Notes: generated by a model from the letters alone, not told the origin. A DNA stretch of 64,000 nt from IMGVR_UViG_3300033997_000092:186001-250000, one strand, 5' to 3'; counted from the stretch's first letter, positions 29,101 to 38,369 are shown. Made by a program: numbers and translations.

Positions 29101-29823
29101 AGGCAACTGTGTGAATATTCGCTTCCATCCGTTGTACTTGTCATCAGGCTGAGTTACTGTGCGTATTGGTCTACGTGCTAAATAACGTAAGTTTGCATTG
29201 GTGTCGATTATTTTCATGCGACGACCCGCCAAGCTGCTTGGATTACCGGGAGCTCTAAAGAAGCTGCACCAACCGCCAAACACCTGCGCGTGATATATTT
29301 CACCTGAACTGTTGATTAGTCCATTATCGATTCTGTTACACGATGCAGGACAGAACGCATAACCTTGCGCTACAAAACGTGGATTACCGCCGTACGGACC
29401 TACGTTGAATACTCCATGAGCATGTACAAGATACTCATAATCATCTTCCCATTGAATAGGAAAATCAGTCACGGCGCCTAACCAAAAATGTTCCCAGTTG
29501 TCGTTATCACCTGCAGGAGAAGCAGTACCGAAGTTGATAGGACGTTCCAGGATACGTATGATATTTACGTTACCTCCGCGCCTGTCAATACTGCGGATGC
29601 CTTTAGTTACTTGATCGAATATCATCCAACCGTCAATAGTTCTGATAGCAAATCCGCGATCTCCTGGATTTATAGCTGCTGCCAGTGTTATACAGCGGCT
29701 GTGATCCATTTCGATATTTCTGTGTCCCGCTATAGAGAACACAATGTATTCATGATCGAATTTCCAATCATACGGAACCCATGTAGCTCCGTTCAAATTG
29801 TCATAGACTACATTCCAAGTCAT
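26119..29823 (-). CDS. Giant multidomain tail fibre / adhesin with interrupted Calx-beta domain
   Basis: VDWRTQDGTAKS...PDY..SGQICFQSGESEKTIPITIVGD..ENDETF (Calx-beta), Pro-rich linker, one beta-sandwich module, lectin-like C-terminal region. Confidence 0.7.
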   Translation of the reverse strand: MTWNVVYDNLNGATWVPYDWKFDHEYIVFSIAGHRNIEMDHSRCITLAAAINPGDRGFAIRTIDGWMIFDQVTKGIRSIDRRGGNVNIIRILERPINFGTASPAGDNDNWEHFWLGAVTDFPIQWEDDYEYLVHAHGVFNVGPYGGNPRFVAQGYAFCPASCNRIDNGLINSSGEIYHAQVFGGWCSFFRAPGNPSSLAGRRMKIIDTNANLRYLARRPIRTVTQPDDKYNGWKRIFTQLPKGKMIGGKSNEATAFPWENDKEYSSVYSDPRGTDEISCASIYTDPLIVTDPSILARWRWNILATESGSSAPFGFCPETWERRGYRQVHSWGEHSPHLYEVYERTPVVPVAPPPPDPTPPPPVPCEDRCYFVDDVWSQEALVEVRFVNPPDWQQRKYEYLWHGDIGNGMVELLEVQEEGRIAKIRFTKQLALEDNRAQYPITITATVADKQYAVLGVSDTDSGTITFELPCVLEGNDPEIRIEDMSIVELDVSREIDVRVFLSEPYQGSTPLCVDWRTQDGTAKSDLSVRSLAKDDQQLPHVMVIENIAGDRKMYLDGAFPKFYNGYWNDRATVQKYGNTLLFLQNVMNWLSGSKTGGAVLLMGDAGVAGQAYDVKDSVTYTGFTNYFTSAAAGTGRTLTVMYGNECPETQAFFDGFDCVLYISSAYTGGQVNSPALIAAMKASHLAGQGFGVIADHGVDGDPSGIGFYKGANEVLFDFYGIKFKGSIDRDTMNLTVENAIAQNGPHPLWTGMTGQINSGQSEAYIDAVDQEPDYVGASGQICFQSGESEKTIPITIVGDSDIENDETFEIILSNNTRGILVKPIGTITIRDDDATPCGVETPAGGAGTTETIHYLGPDAGRLDVNYTMYSVPDMMEIFYEGQLVATTGGLVSGNGTLSFFYPGPPHATTCMIRVTGPDGTAWTYTMNCPTPIPQISGYIYGTSVEAQARMNAYSPPTQQEIFNSWGRTDANNFYANASTAQGSAANWQLQSNPDRIVMPDNLSSYTGFVSPDKYSDYKYEVVVTSADTDDDLIGALVGFDLGSDNIVRTISFCCTGGGIGNGMTPAPDMNWGLFFIENGVVVASIPGILVGSGIRGWSDARRKIEVVRSGNTLTARCTDWYTGAVPSYDPNSTITLDLNSDSKYAPFRNQSNYGYMVRSQAGATFLDTMFSGAVDLTKVYDAQANITYRYNQSVSAWQNSGLTIAQDAGSPVIIENPETTSRFLINNNNITSL

Positions 29824-29835
29824 ACATATTCCTTT

Positions 29836-29854
29836 TGGGAGACCAAGTCTCCCA
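29836..29854. promoter_or_regulatory. Intergenic hairpin without U tract directly upstream of the 1234-aa gene RBS
   Basis: TGGGAGAC-caa-GTCTCCCA, 8-bp perfect stem. On the coding strand it is followed by AAAGGAA (SD). Confidence 0.5.
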
Positions 29855-29859
29855 TAAGA

Positions 29860-32800
29860 TTATAATTGAAGATTTCCCGCAACGTCTGACAATACTAAAG
29901 TAAGTTCGTTACTCTTTAATATATTGCCTGCGCTGTCTTTTATTAAACAGTATACCCTCCACTCACTGCGTTTTTCAGGAGGTGTGTTTGATGATAAGTG
30001 TCCATCTATAACTTCCACTCTAAATAAGTCATTATCTGGAGAGAAGTCATTAGGCACGGCTACATCAATTTTAGCAACATAATTGCTATTAGGGTTGTTT
30101 ATGTTGTTGAAAGTTTCGACAGCTTCCCATTTGTAAGAATATGTCTTTGCAGGATCGTATGGATACGAAGCAGCAATTCCATGTCTGTTACGTGCGGCAG
30201 GATTACTGACAAACCCACCGTTAGCTTCCATATATGCTATTTTTCCTGGCTGCGCTATTTCTGTATGGTTTTGATCAGCTAATTGAGAGAATCCTATACC
30301 AAATATAACTGCACATCCAAAAGCTTGGTATTGTGTTGTTGAGTATGATTCTGCGGCATAGTTAGTACGTGTGAAGTTTAAGTCACTCACTGTGCCTCCA
30401 CCGACATTCGGCTTCAGTATAGTAACAGTACCTTCGTTATCCAGAATTGTTGCATTCACAGGATTACTTATACGCAAGTAGAACTGTCTGCCATTATTGT
30501 CGTGCGCTGGAGTTAATGTTTCCACAGGAACATTAACACTTGCTTGTCCCGCTAACAATGTAGCTGTCCCACTGCGACTATTGTAATCCGGATTTTGCAC
30601 TGTGCTTTCTGGAGTAACCATTAACTGCGCTTGGTTGTAGCTTGCATCTATTACACCATCTGTAGGAACGCCTTGAACAAGCGGACTTCCAGGAAGGTGA
30701 GCTAAATGGTCAACTACATAATATTGAGGAGTAGCGCGCCATTGACGCTGTGTAGCATCGAATGAAATACGCTCATCCGACAAGTTGTTGAATGTTGCCT
30801 GTAGTGCTGCATTGGCCCAGTAGTTACGGTGCATGTCCGTCGGGAACACACGCATTGGGAAGTGCAGTACAGCTCCATTACGCAGCAGTGTTCCAAGTGC
30901 TTGGCCTATACGCGCAGTATTACCTGACATATAGACAGCAGCAACTGAGAATCCTGACATCTGGAACCACAATTTAGAATCGGCTACAGTAATAATGTCA
31001 GCATCCGTTGTAGACAGTGTGTTTTCCCACGTGTTGCTATTGTTTGGGATAGTACGCATTGGAACCTGCACAACAGTCATGTTGTAGATGTTACGCATTG
31101 CCTGAATAAAGTTAGAGCATTTAAGTGCCCACTCTGTTTCAGGTTCACCTTCACCTAGTATCAGCCATTTCTTGTTAGTCAAATCTGGAATTTTCATCTT
31201 CCATGCGTTAACTGTCATCTTGGCTTCTGGTGTAAGCGTAGCAAACGATGATACTGCCTGAATAGTGTTTATTTGCGAACATTCGGTCGCACGATATTCA
31301 CTGTTCATCAGGCGTTCCCACGAAGCATCTACTACAAGAGAGCCTGCTGTTCCGGGGAAGTTTTGTACGCCGAAAGTAGCTAAGTTCGGCACTGCGTCAC
31401 CGTATGGACGGTTCTCATTGCCTGTACTGAACACTGCCAGAGTACCACTTAATCCACTACTACCGCCAACACTTTTAGCTGTCCCATCTACAGTAACAAA
31501 ATCAAACGTCACATCAGTTGGAGCAGGAATATTGCTGCTGACAGTTACTTGGGCAACGGCACCTTTAGTCACATTGGCATCACTGACCACCAACTGCACT
31601 TCGTCATCACATACAGGTATAACTTTATCATCTACTTCAATGTCCAATACAGGAACAGGACAACCAACAAAGTATTCCCAGCTTGAGCCTAATGGTGCAT
31701 CGATTCTCACTGTGATACGTTTACGTCTGCCATTATCTAAAGCACTGTTTGTAAGGAATTGCACGAACGTAGTGCGCTTGCCTGTTTTGGCTTCGATAAG
31801 ATTCATGTCCATGTCGAATACAGACACGACATATTGGAACTCGCCTTTACCAACTACTTTGATACTGACTACGCCAGGATCGACACCATTATCCATATCA
31901 TAGTTGTCTTCTGTGCTGCTGTGGCCCATAGACTGCAATCCAGCTACAGGTTCCTCACACGGCCACGGATTATCACGGTAGCCTGGAGTGTTTGTACAGA
32001 ACAGAGTATAATACCAGCTTTTCATATCGTCATCGAGCAGACGCTCTGCCGATGTTACACGTACCATGATGTCATGTACTTCTGTAGGGAACTCGTAAGG
32101 TTTCCACCACCACTTCAACGAACCTAATTCTTGAGCTGGGTCCATTGTACTTGCTACACGATTCTGGTTGTGATACACTTCAAACTTATCTGCATTTAAC
32201 CAGCTAGTGTAATCAAGAACTAACTGCCAGTTCACGTTAGGGTCTGATACTGGGCCGATGTAATGATGGAATTCATAGTACCACTTACCGTCTTCCAAAC
32301 GTGCTTCAAGAGGAAACACAGTTGCGTGACACGGAGCAGGGTAAATAGGAGTACCGACATATTCTTCTGTGAATACACCCAAGAATTGATTCAAGTCAGT
32401 GTTATCCAAATTCACAACAGCTAAGTTGGGTTTTGGTCCCACAAATTGATACGCCCAGCGAGTACCGTCGCTACCACGCACACGAATCATAACACGTTGT
32501 TCACCTTCACCTACAGCTTGGTCAAGATAGAATTCGATTTTGCTACGATCTTTAACACGGCCACAAGTTGTTGCTATGCGAGTTCCCATGTAATAAACGT
32601 CAACACTGATACCTTCACTGTCGTAGCTGGCAAACAACACTTCAAAGTAACCTGGACGATCACCTGTGTTGAATATAGTTTCAGTTATCTGACTTCCGCC
32701 ACTGAACACACTGCTTCCCAAGTAGTTCGGGTTAGCATAAGTACCACGACCGTATGACGGCGTAACACCTGAATCATCGTAGCTTTCAATAGCATAGTTT

Positions 32801-33231
32801 AATGCTGGACGTTTAAGCACGTAGCCTTTAGGTGCACCAGCATCCGGCAACTTTTCAAATCCCGGTTCACCTGCATCAGGCAAATCATATCCTGGAGGAT
32901 AGCCTGTTATCAGATTGAACAAGTTACCATCAGAGCCTATTCCATTTCCAGAACCAGCTTCGTCTGCTGTTAGTCCTGGAGGACAATTCACTGAACCTAC
33001 TACGCGGAATTCACACTCAACATCAAAGCGAGGATCGAATGTGCAGTCGTTATGTATAAACTCACTATTGGCACCATCACGCATACGGATAGCTTTTGGG
33101 TCAATAAGCAGCCAGCTCCTGTTGTCGCGTGACCTGATACGCAACGTAGCTTTGCATGGATCTAGCCATTTATTGTTGTAGGAGTTTCTTATTAAGAGGC
33201 GTCCCAGCGCTGGGATTTCGTTATCAGCCAT
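29860..33231 (-). CDS. Giant multidomain tail fibre / adhesin with three beta-sandwich repeats and interrupted Calx-beta domain
   Basis: FDFVTVDGTAKS...PDYNSRSGTATLLAGQASVNVPV; three repeats ending W.Y...[CG]P or CT. Confidence 0.7.
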   Translation of the reverse strand: MADNEIPALGRLLIRNSYNNKWLDPCKATLRIRSRDNRSWLLIDPKAIRMRDGANSEFIHNDCTFDPRFDVECEFRVVGSVNCPPGLTADEAGSGNGIGSDGNLFNLITGYPPGYDLPDAGEPGFEKLPDAGAPKGYVLKRPALNYAIESYDDSGVTPSYGRGTYANPNYLGSSVFSGGSQITETIFNTGDRPGYFEVLFASYDSEGISVDVYYMGTRIATTCGRVKDRSKIEFYLDQAVGEGEQRVMIRVRGSDGTRWAYQFVGPKPNLAVVNLDNTDLNQFLGVFTEEYVGTPIYPAPCHATVFPLEARLEDGKWYYEFHHYIGPVSDPNVNWQLVLDYTSWLNADKFEVYHNQNRVASTMDPAQELGSLKWWWKPYEFPTEVHDIMVRVTSAERLLDDDMKSWYYTLFCTNTPGYRDNPWPCEEPVAGLQSMGHSSTEDNYDMDNGVDPGVVSIKVVGKGEFQYVVSVFDMDMNLIEAKTGKRTTFVQFLTNSALDNGRRKRITVRIDAPLGSSWEYFVGCPVPVLDIEVDDKVIPVCDDEVQLVVSDANVTKGAVAQVTVSSNIPAPTDVTFDFVTVDGTAKSVGGSSGLSGTLAVFSTGNENRPYGDAVPNLATFGVQNFPGTAGSLVVDASWERLMNSEYRATECSQINTIQAVSSFATLTPEAKMTVNAWKMKIPDLTNKKWLILGEGEPETEWALKCSNFIQAMRNIYNMTVVQVPMRTIPNNSNTWENTLSTTDADIITVADSKLWFQMSGFSVAAVYMSGNTARIGQALGTLLRNGAVLHFPMRVFPTDMHRNYWANAALQATFNNLSDERISFDATQRQWRATPQYYVVDHLAHLPGSPLVQGVPTDGVIDASYNQAQLMVTPESTVQNPDYNSRSGTATLLAGQASVNVPVETLTPAHDNNGRQFYLRISNPVNATILDNEGTVTILKPNVGGGTVSDLNFTRTNYAAESYSTTQYQAFGCAVIFGIGFSQLADQNHTEIAQPGKIAYMEANGGFVSNPAARNRHGIAASYPYDPAKTYSYKWEAVETFNNINNPNSNYVAKIDVAVPNDFSPDNDLFRVEVIDGHLSSNTPPEKRSEWRVYCLIKDSAGNILKSNELTLVLSDVAGNLQL

Positions 33232-33287
33232 TTTACTTCTCCGAGCCAGAAACGACTTGAGCCAGAATAAACTGGCCCAAATCAGTA

Positions 33288-33782
33288 TTATTTAGTTGCT
33301 ATCCATAAAGCGCCTGCACCTACTGCACCAGGATCTTCAGCTTGAATGTAGATCTGCACACGTCCATCTTGTCCTCTGATGCCTTGAGGACCTGTAGATC
33401 CTGTAGGACCAATAGGACCTTCAATGCCTCTAGGTCCACGTACTCCAGGCTTACCTTGAGGGCCTTGGGGTCCACGACATCCACGAGGACCTTGAATACC
33501 TTCAGCTCCAAGTAAACCATCTACACCAGGAGAACCATCGAATCCAGGAAGACCTTGACGACCTGTTCCCATACTTGATAGCGTTGGATATCCGCGAATG
33601 TGCAGAGGCTCAAATCCTGGAATAGTTATTGTAGTTATTCCCATTACAGGATCGAATACACCAGTTACACTTTGCCCTGCTGTAGGATCAGGTAATACAG
33701 AAAGTGATTTGCCTTCAGCTACAACTTGACCTGCTACTGCGGTAGCTGGCTTAATCATATCCATAGATACTTTGGTAACCAT
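33288..33782 (-). CDS. Collagen-like protein
   Basis: 23 G-X-Y triplets, C-terminal EDPGAVGAGALW. Confidence 0.85.
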   Translation of the reverse strand: MVTKVSMDMIKPATAVAGQVVAEGKSLSVLPDPTAGQSVTGVFDPVMGITTITIPGFEPLHIRGYPTLSSMGTGRQGLPGFDGSPGVDGLLGAEGIQGPRGCRGPQGPQGKPGVRGPRGIEGPIGPTGSTGPQGIRGQDGRVQIYIQAEDPGAVGAGALWIATK

Positions 33783-33792
33783 GAATCACTCC

Positions 33793-34440
33793 TTAATCGA
33801 AAAACTGTTCAATGTCATCATCAATCTGACCCACAGTAGGATTAACCCAAATACCGCCAGGACCTATCGATGGTCCGGGATCGATTTCACTGATAACGAG
33901 ATTGATACGTCCGACTGGGCCTTGAGGACCAATGGGGCCTGCTGGACCAGGAGCGCCTGTTGGGCCTGTTGGGCCTTGAGCTCCAGTCGGACCTGTAGGA
34001 CCTGTAGGTCCCATTTGACCCATAGGACCCGGACACCCAGGAGCTCCCTGAGGACCTATGTCTCCAGGCAAACCGTCGCGTCCATCTAAGCCCTGAGGAC
34101 CTGTTGGGCCCTGAGGACCAGGACATCCTGCTTCACCTTCTAAACCGTCGCGTCCATCTTTACCTGGAGCTCCGTCAGGACCCGGATCACCCTGAGGACC
34201 TTGAGGACCCTCAGGTATCTGACTTACTATGGGAAAGTTACCCAGCACTTGTGTACTGCCGTCATAGAACGAGAATATAACTTTGCCTGTAGTTTCGTCG
34301 TATCTAAGTCCTGTCACAGGGGACACTGTTGAAGCAGTTCCTTCTGTGGGAGCAAGTACGCCTCCAACAACGCTTAAAGATTTACCTTCAGCCGATGTAG
34401 GCGCACGAACCATGCTTGTGTCAATTCTTGTTAGTTTCAT
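33793..34440 (-). CDS. Collagen-like protein
   Basis: 34 G-X-Y triplets, C-terminal [13 protein letters not shown]. Confidence 0.85.
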   Translation of the reverse strand: MKLTRIDTSMVRAPTSAEGKSLSVVGGVLAPTEGTASTVSPVTGLRYDETTGKVIFSFYDGSTQVLGNFPIVSQIPEGPQGPQGDPGPDGAPGKDGRDGLEGEAGCPGPQGPTGPQGLDGRDGLPGDIGPQGAPGCPGPMGQMGPTGPTGPTGAQGPTGPTGAPGPAGPIGPQGPVGRINLVISEIDPGPSIGPGGIWVNPTVGQIDDDIEQFFD

Positions 34441-34443
34441 TAC

Positions 34444-35949
34444 CTATACCTTATGAATAGGACCCGCGTTATCTAAGTTGTGAATTAAATAACCACTCAC
34501 AAAGAATACGTCGGTCGTTTCCACATTGAGGCTGACTACAGGCTTCTGGTCTTCAATAACTTCCACTTTAATTACATCGTGGAACTGACCAGATTCGTGA
34601 TAAATTTTGTCACCAACAACTACACGATACATACGTTCAAAATAACAAACGCCATTACGTTGAATTAATATGTTTTCGTCTGATGTTAATGTGACAGTGC
34701 CATTCAGTCTGATAAACCTTCCGAATGAGCTATGCGTGGCTGTCATTACAACAGCGGCTTCATACTCTGCTTTAAAATTAGTTGTTGTCCACGATAAGAA
34801 CTGATCGTTATCTGAACTATCAGGAAGTCCTGCAATACGCACTGAGTCAACCGCGTCTGCTTCGTAAAGCGATTCGACTAATACTTTGCGCCTGCCCGCA
34901 GAAATCATTTGACCGTACGGTATACAGCCGCCACCGCCACCTCCAGGAGGGTTAGTTGGAGGGGTAGCTGCATTAGTTGCAGAAAACTTAAACGTACCTG
35001 TCAATGTCAGTGTTTTGTTGTTGTCACCTGTGTCTTTGATTGTCAGTATTACCTGACCTTCGCGGACTTCAGTTGTTCCTGGAGCAACATACACACGACA
35101 ACGCAAGTTCATGTTTGTGGAACTATCGCCTGTTTGATATATGTAGACATTTGGCGCCATCGTAAGAAAATCACCTGTCCACTTATACTCAAAAGGACCT
35201 TTACCGCCACTAAAATTGTCGAGTGTGTACGCAGCAATGCCTTCGTAGAAATCACCACCGACATGGGACAGCGTTAATGCGCGACTAGGAATGCTGCCAC
35301 GCATTTGCTCTATAATCTCTGGATTAGTAGGAAGACCTGTATCAACAGTAACAAGTTGCCCCCAGATATAGACAAGTGGATCAGTAGGTTCAGAATCGCT
35401 GAATACTACAGATGTTATAGGCGTAGGACCTGTAGGACCTGTAGGACCAATCAAGCAGCTATTACCTATCGCTCCTCGTGCACCGTCAGGTCCTGTCGGT
35501 CCTATTATACCCATCGGGCCTGTAGGACCTTCATCGCCTCCACAGCCTAGCGGGCCTACTGGTCCACGGGGGCCATCTTCAGCATCTAATCCTGGCTCAC
35601 CCTGAATACCCATCACACCAGGAATACCAGCACAGCCTACTTTGCCCTTACGGCCATCAAAGCCTTTGTAGCCATCACGGCCTTTACGTCCAGGAAGACC
35701 TTTCTTGCCAACTTTACCTGTACCCAGATTGGACTGTGTTAAGAATCCTGTAGCTTCAAAAGTACCGTCGGGCGTAATGAATGTTAGAGCACCACGTACA
35801 CTGTCCCAAGCAAACTCATAAGAACTTGACTTCGCTACAGGAGGTGCTTCGTAATCTATTAGCGCAGAAGAACCTGGTACGATAGCCTTTTGACCATCGT
35901 ACCCTTGTTCAGCAGCTACGTTTTGTAAGTTAACGTAAGTGTCTGACAT
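34444..35949 (-). CDS. Collagen-like protein with C-terminal Hint domain
   Basis: About 33 triplets with two non-Gly interruptions, a beta-rich domain, a PPGGGGG linker and a Hint domain. Confidence 0.8.
   Translation of the reverse strand: MSDTYVNLQNVAAEQGYDGQKAIVPGSSALIDYEAPPVAKSSSYEFAWDSVRGALTFITPDGTFEATGFLTQSNLGTGKVGKKGLPGRKGRDGYKGFDGRKGKVGCAGIPGVMGIQGEPGLDAEDGPRGPVGPLGCGGDEGPTGPMGIIGPTGPDGARGAIGNSCLIGPTGPTGPTPITSVVFSDSEPTDPLVYIWGQLVTVDTGLPTNPEIIEQMRGSIPSRALTLSHVGGDFYEGIAAYTLDNFSGGKGPFEYKWTGDFLTMAPNVYIYQTGDSSTNMNLRCRVYVAPGTTEVREGQVILTIKDTGDNNKTLTLTGTFKFSATNAATPPTNPPGGGGGGCIPYGQMISAGRRKVLVESLYEADAVDSVRIAGLPDSSDNDQFLSWTTTNFKAEYEAAVVMTATHSSFGRFIRLNGTVTLTSDENILIQRNGVCYFERMYRVVVGDKIYHESGQFHDVIKVEVIEDQKPVVSLNVETTDVFFVSGYLIHNLDNAGPIHKV
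34477..34926 (-). other. Hint (intein/Hedgehog/BIL-like) autoprocessing domain
   Basis: Begins at Cys in GGGGG-CIPYG; V..L..GD.V-like, LT block B, VVVGDKI, VVSLNV..TDVFFVSGYLIHN end motif; 150 aa, no endonuclease. Confidence 0.8.
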
Positions 35950-35964
35950 ATATTTGCCTTTAGT

Positions 35965-38334
35965 TTACGGCAAAGGAACTACAATGCCTGTCAACTCTGC
36001 TACAAGTGCTATTGTGAACTGGCCAGCAACAACATTCGTTACTTTAGCTTTAGCTACAATATCAACTACGCCATCTGGGTAGTTTTCTTTAAGCAGAATA
36101 AGACTTGACCCTTTAGAACCGTTACCATATCCGTAAGAGTTTTCACCGCCACGCTGAGTAGCAATACCTGTCTCGCCTGTACCTGGAATACTACGACCGT
36201 AGTCAACTGTCGCTTCACTAGGACGCTTAACAGCCAGAATGAATTGCAATTCTTCATTGCCTGATGTCACAGTGTAACCTGGACCTAAACGGGCACTAAA
36301 GTCTGCATGGACGTTAATCATTATGTCTGTTTTGAATTCCACACGCTGCGTAATGACAACTTCGTTTGTGTCTTCGGCGCGTTGGCGTGAACTGATGCGT
36401 TGGTAGTTACCTTTATCAAGTCTGACCTTATCAGTCGAACTGATTTTGAAGTTAGGGAACGTACCTTCTATTAGCATGCCTGGACCTGGAACCAAGTCAA
36501 TCGGCACAGCAGGCAGGAATATTGGGTCAGCATTCTGACGTATTACCTTGTACCCTGTTGGTGTAGGAATAATATCAGTTACCATTCCACGCAATCCAGT
36601 GTCGCTGCTTCCTTCTGCTCTTACGTTATGGAAAATCATTACTTCAAGTGGTCGTCCCGTAGCAAAATCTGTTCTTGCTACAAGCTTGTTGCCTACAATA
36701 GAATACTCTGACTTCATAACGTGTGCACCTGACTCACTCAAAAACACTAGGTCTTTTGACTGTGGTGCGATTGGCAGTGAAAGCACGTTACGCTTGGTAG
36801 TCGGATTGAACGTAGCCGTGATTACCTGTGTACTATAGCCTGGAATTGGACGCTGTATGAAAGCGTTGATTTCAATCTTCAAGCCTACACCAGGAGCTTC
36901 GCTGAATATTACTTTCCTGCGTACAACATCTACGGTATATGACGAATGCACTGTCATTATCCTGTCGATGAAGCACCAAGAATAGAATACGTTTTCAATA
37001 TCAGCAGGCAAGTCGAATTCACGACGGGAACCATCACCAATATCTTCAAAGCTAACGCATTCCGTGTACATGCCCGAGTGAGGCTCTAACTGGAATAAAC
37101 GCGCATCGATTTCTAACCCAGAAGGAACATTCTCTGCAAATTCCAGCATGTTGTCTTCGATGTTAGCGGACTGGCGGAACTGACGCACACCAGAAATACT
37201 GATATACCAGTAATGGCTATTCTTGCGATAGCTGTACAGGCGCATCTGAGTTTCATCTACACCTGCTGTCAGTGGATCTTCGCTGTACAGAAGGAATTTG
37301 TTTGTTTCTTCCATAACAACTTGCGTTATCGCACTGAACTTCAACTTACCTGGAGGATGATACAGGTTTCCTCTTGTGCGGGAAGCTGCTGCTCCACTCG
37401 GTACCCAACGTGGAACACCATCAAGCGGACCAGCTACAAGTACCCAGTCTTCATCTGTTCCTGCACGGCTAGGCAATCCTGAACCTGAGCCTTGCACTGT
37501 GTTTTGTTTCCAGATACTTACAGTGCTTGTTACATCAAGTTCCAAGAACGCCAAATCACGGGTCATTACTTCTTCGGCTGCTGTTATAACACAACGTCGT
37601 GTAGTACCTTCTCCAGGACCTGAAACAATTTGAACTACAACAATGTCATCTTCTACAAGACCATAATCAGTTATCAATGAATCGACTTTGAATATCGACG
37701 GGTCTGTTACTTCTGTTGGGTTACCCATAAACAACTTGGTAAATCCCAGGAAGCTCCAATGCTTACCTGCCAATCCACCGCGCACAGCAAGTCCTGCTGT
37801 TTCACTGTTTTGTTCATCTGGATTGACGACAATATCAAGCACAGCCACAGCATTGGTGATTGCTTCTGCTGGATTAGGTAAGGCATCGACGTTGCCTACA
37901 CTCGGTACTGAACCGAATTCTGACAGTGTGACATCGATAACGTGTGCATTGCCTTGTGCTAAGTGCAACAAGAATTCTATTTGCGCCGCACGATTCTTCC
38001 GTTTAGTAACAGATTCACTGAAACGTACACGGCCTAACACAGTGCCGTCGTTCAGTCCAATAGTTGCTTCCGACAGTTCTATTGATGAATTGCCTCCTAC
38101 TTCACGAGGTACAACTACAGTGAACCGAACTGTATTGCGGTTTAAAACTTCAATGTAGTGAATGCGTCCGCTGTGGTGTTCTGTACCTAGTAACGCATCT
38201 GGTGTCTGAGCCGGTTCTGAGCCTTGGTAATCACCAACAGCAAAGAAACGGGGGCGAATAACTGCGCCCCCTGCTTCGGCACTCAGCAACGCCTGTTCAC
38301 CTTGTGGGGTAAGAATCAAACGATCTGGTGTCAT
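35965..38334 (-). CDS. Baseplate-attached tail-collar fibre protein (DUF3751 / P2 gpH-like N-terminus)
   Basis: ILTPQGEQAL....FAVGD ... VGG ... EATIGLNDGTVLG N-terminal domain; internal GDGSRREFDLP-type repeats. Confidence 0.65.
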   Translation of the reverse strand: MTPDRLILTPQGEQALLSAEAGGAVIRPRFFAVGDYQGSEPAQTPDALLGTEHHSGRIHYIEVLNRNTVRFTVVVPREVGGNSSIELSEATIGLNDGTVLGRVRFSESVTKRKNRAAQIEFLLHLAQGNAHVIDVTLSEFGSVPSVGNVDALPNPAEAITNAVAVLDIVVNPDEQNSETAGLAVRGGLAGKHWSFLGFTKLFMGNPTEVTDPSIFKVDSLITDYGLVEDDIVVVQIVSGPGEGTTRRCVITAAEEVMTRDLAFLELDVTSTVSIWKQNTVQGSGSGLPSRAGTDEDWVLVAGPLDGVPRWVPSGAAASRTRGNLYHPPGKLKFSAITQVVMEETNKFLLYSEDPLTAGVDETQMRLYSYRKNSHYWYISISGVRQFRQSANIEDNMLEFAENVPSGLEIDARLFQLEPHSGMYTECVSFEDIGDGSRREFDLPADIENVFYSWCFIDRIMTVHSSYTVDVVRRKVIFSEAPGVGLKIEINAFIQRPIPGYSTQVITATFNPTTKRNVLSLPIAPQSKDLVFLSESGAHVMKSEYSIVGNKLVARTDFATGRPLEVMIFHNVRAEGSSDTGLRGMVTDIIPTPTGYKVIRQNADPIFLPAVPIDLVPGPGMLIEGTFPNFKISSTDKVRLDKGNYQRISSRQRAEDTNEVVITQRVEFKTDIMINVHADFSARLGPGYTVTSGNEELQFILAVKRPSEATVDYGRSIPGTGETGIATQRGGENSYGYGNGSKGSSLILLKENYPDGVVDIVAKAKVTNVVAGQFTIALVAELTGIVVPLP

Positions 38335-38369
38335 TGTATTAACTTCCTATTTCTAATCGTGTCTACAAA

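Noticed and set aside
33243-33276. GAGCCAGAA repeated twice plus a 5-bp stem upstream of the 1123-aa gene
   Set aside because: Too short to distinguish from chance, and no other copy was seen.
33380-35460. Shared GGACCTGTAGGACCTGTAGG-type strings among collagen genes as a DGR or recombination cassette
   Set aside because: Explained by GPT-GPT triplets with preferred codons; no adenine-specific variation and no reverse transcriptase nearby.
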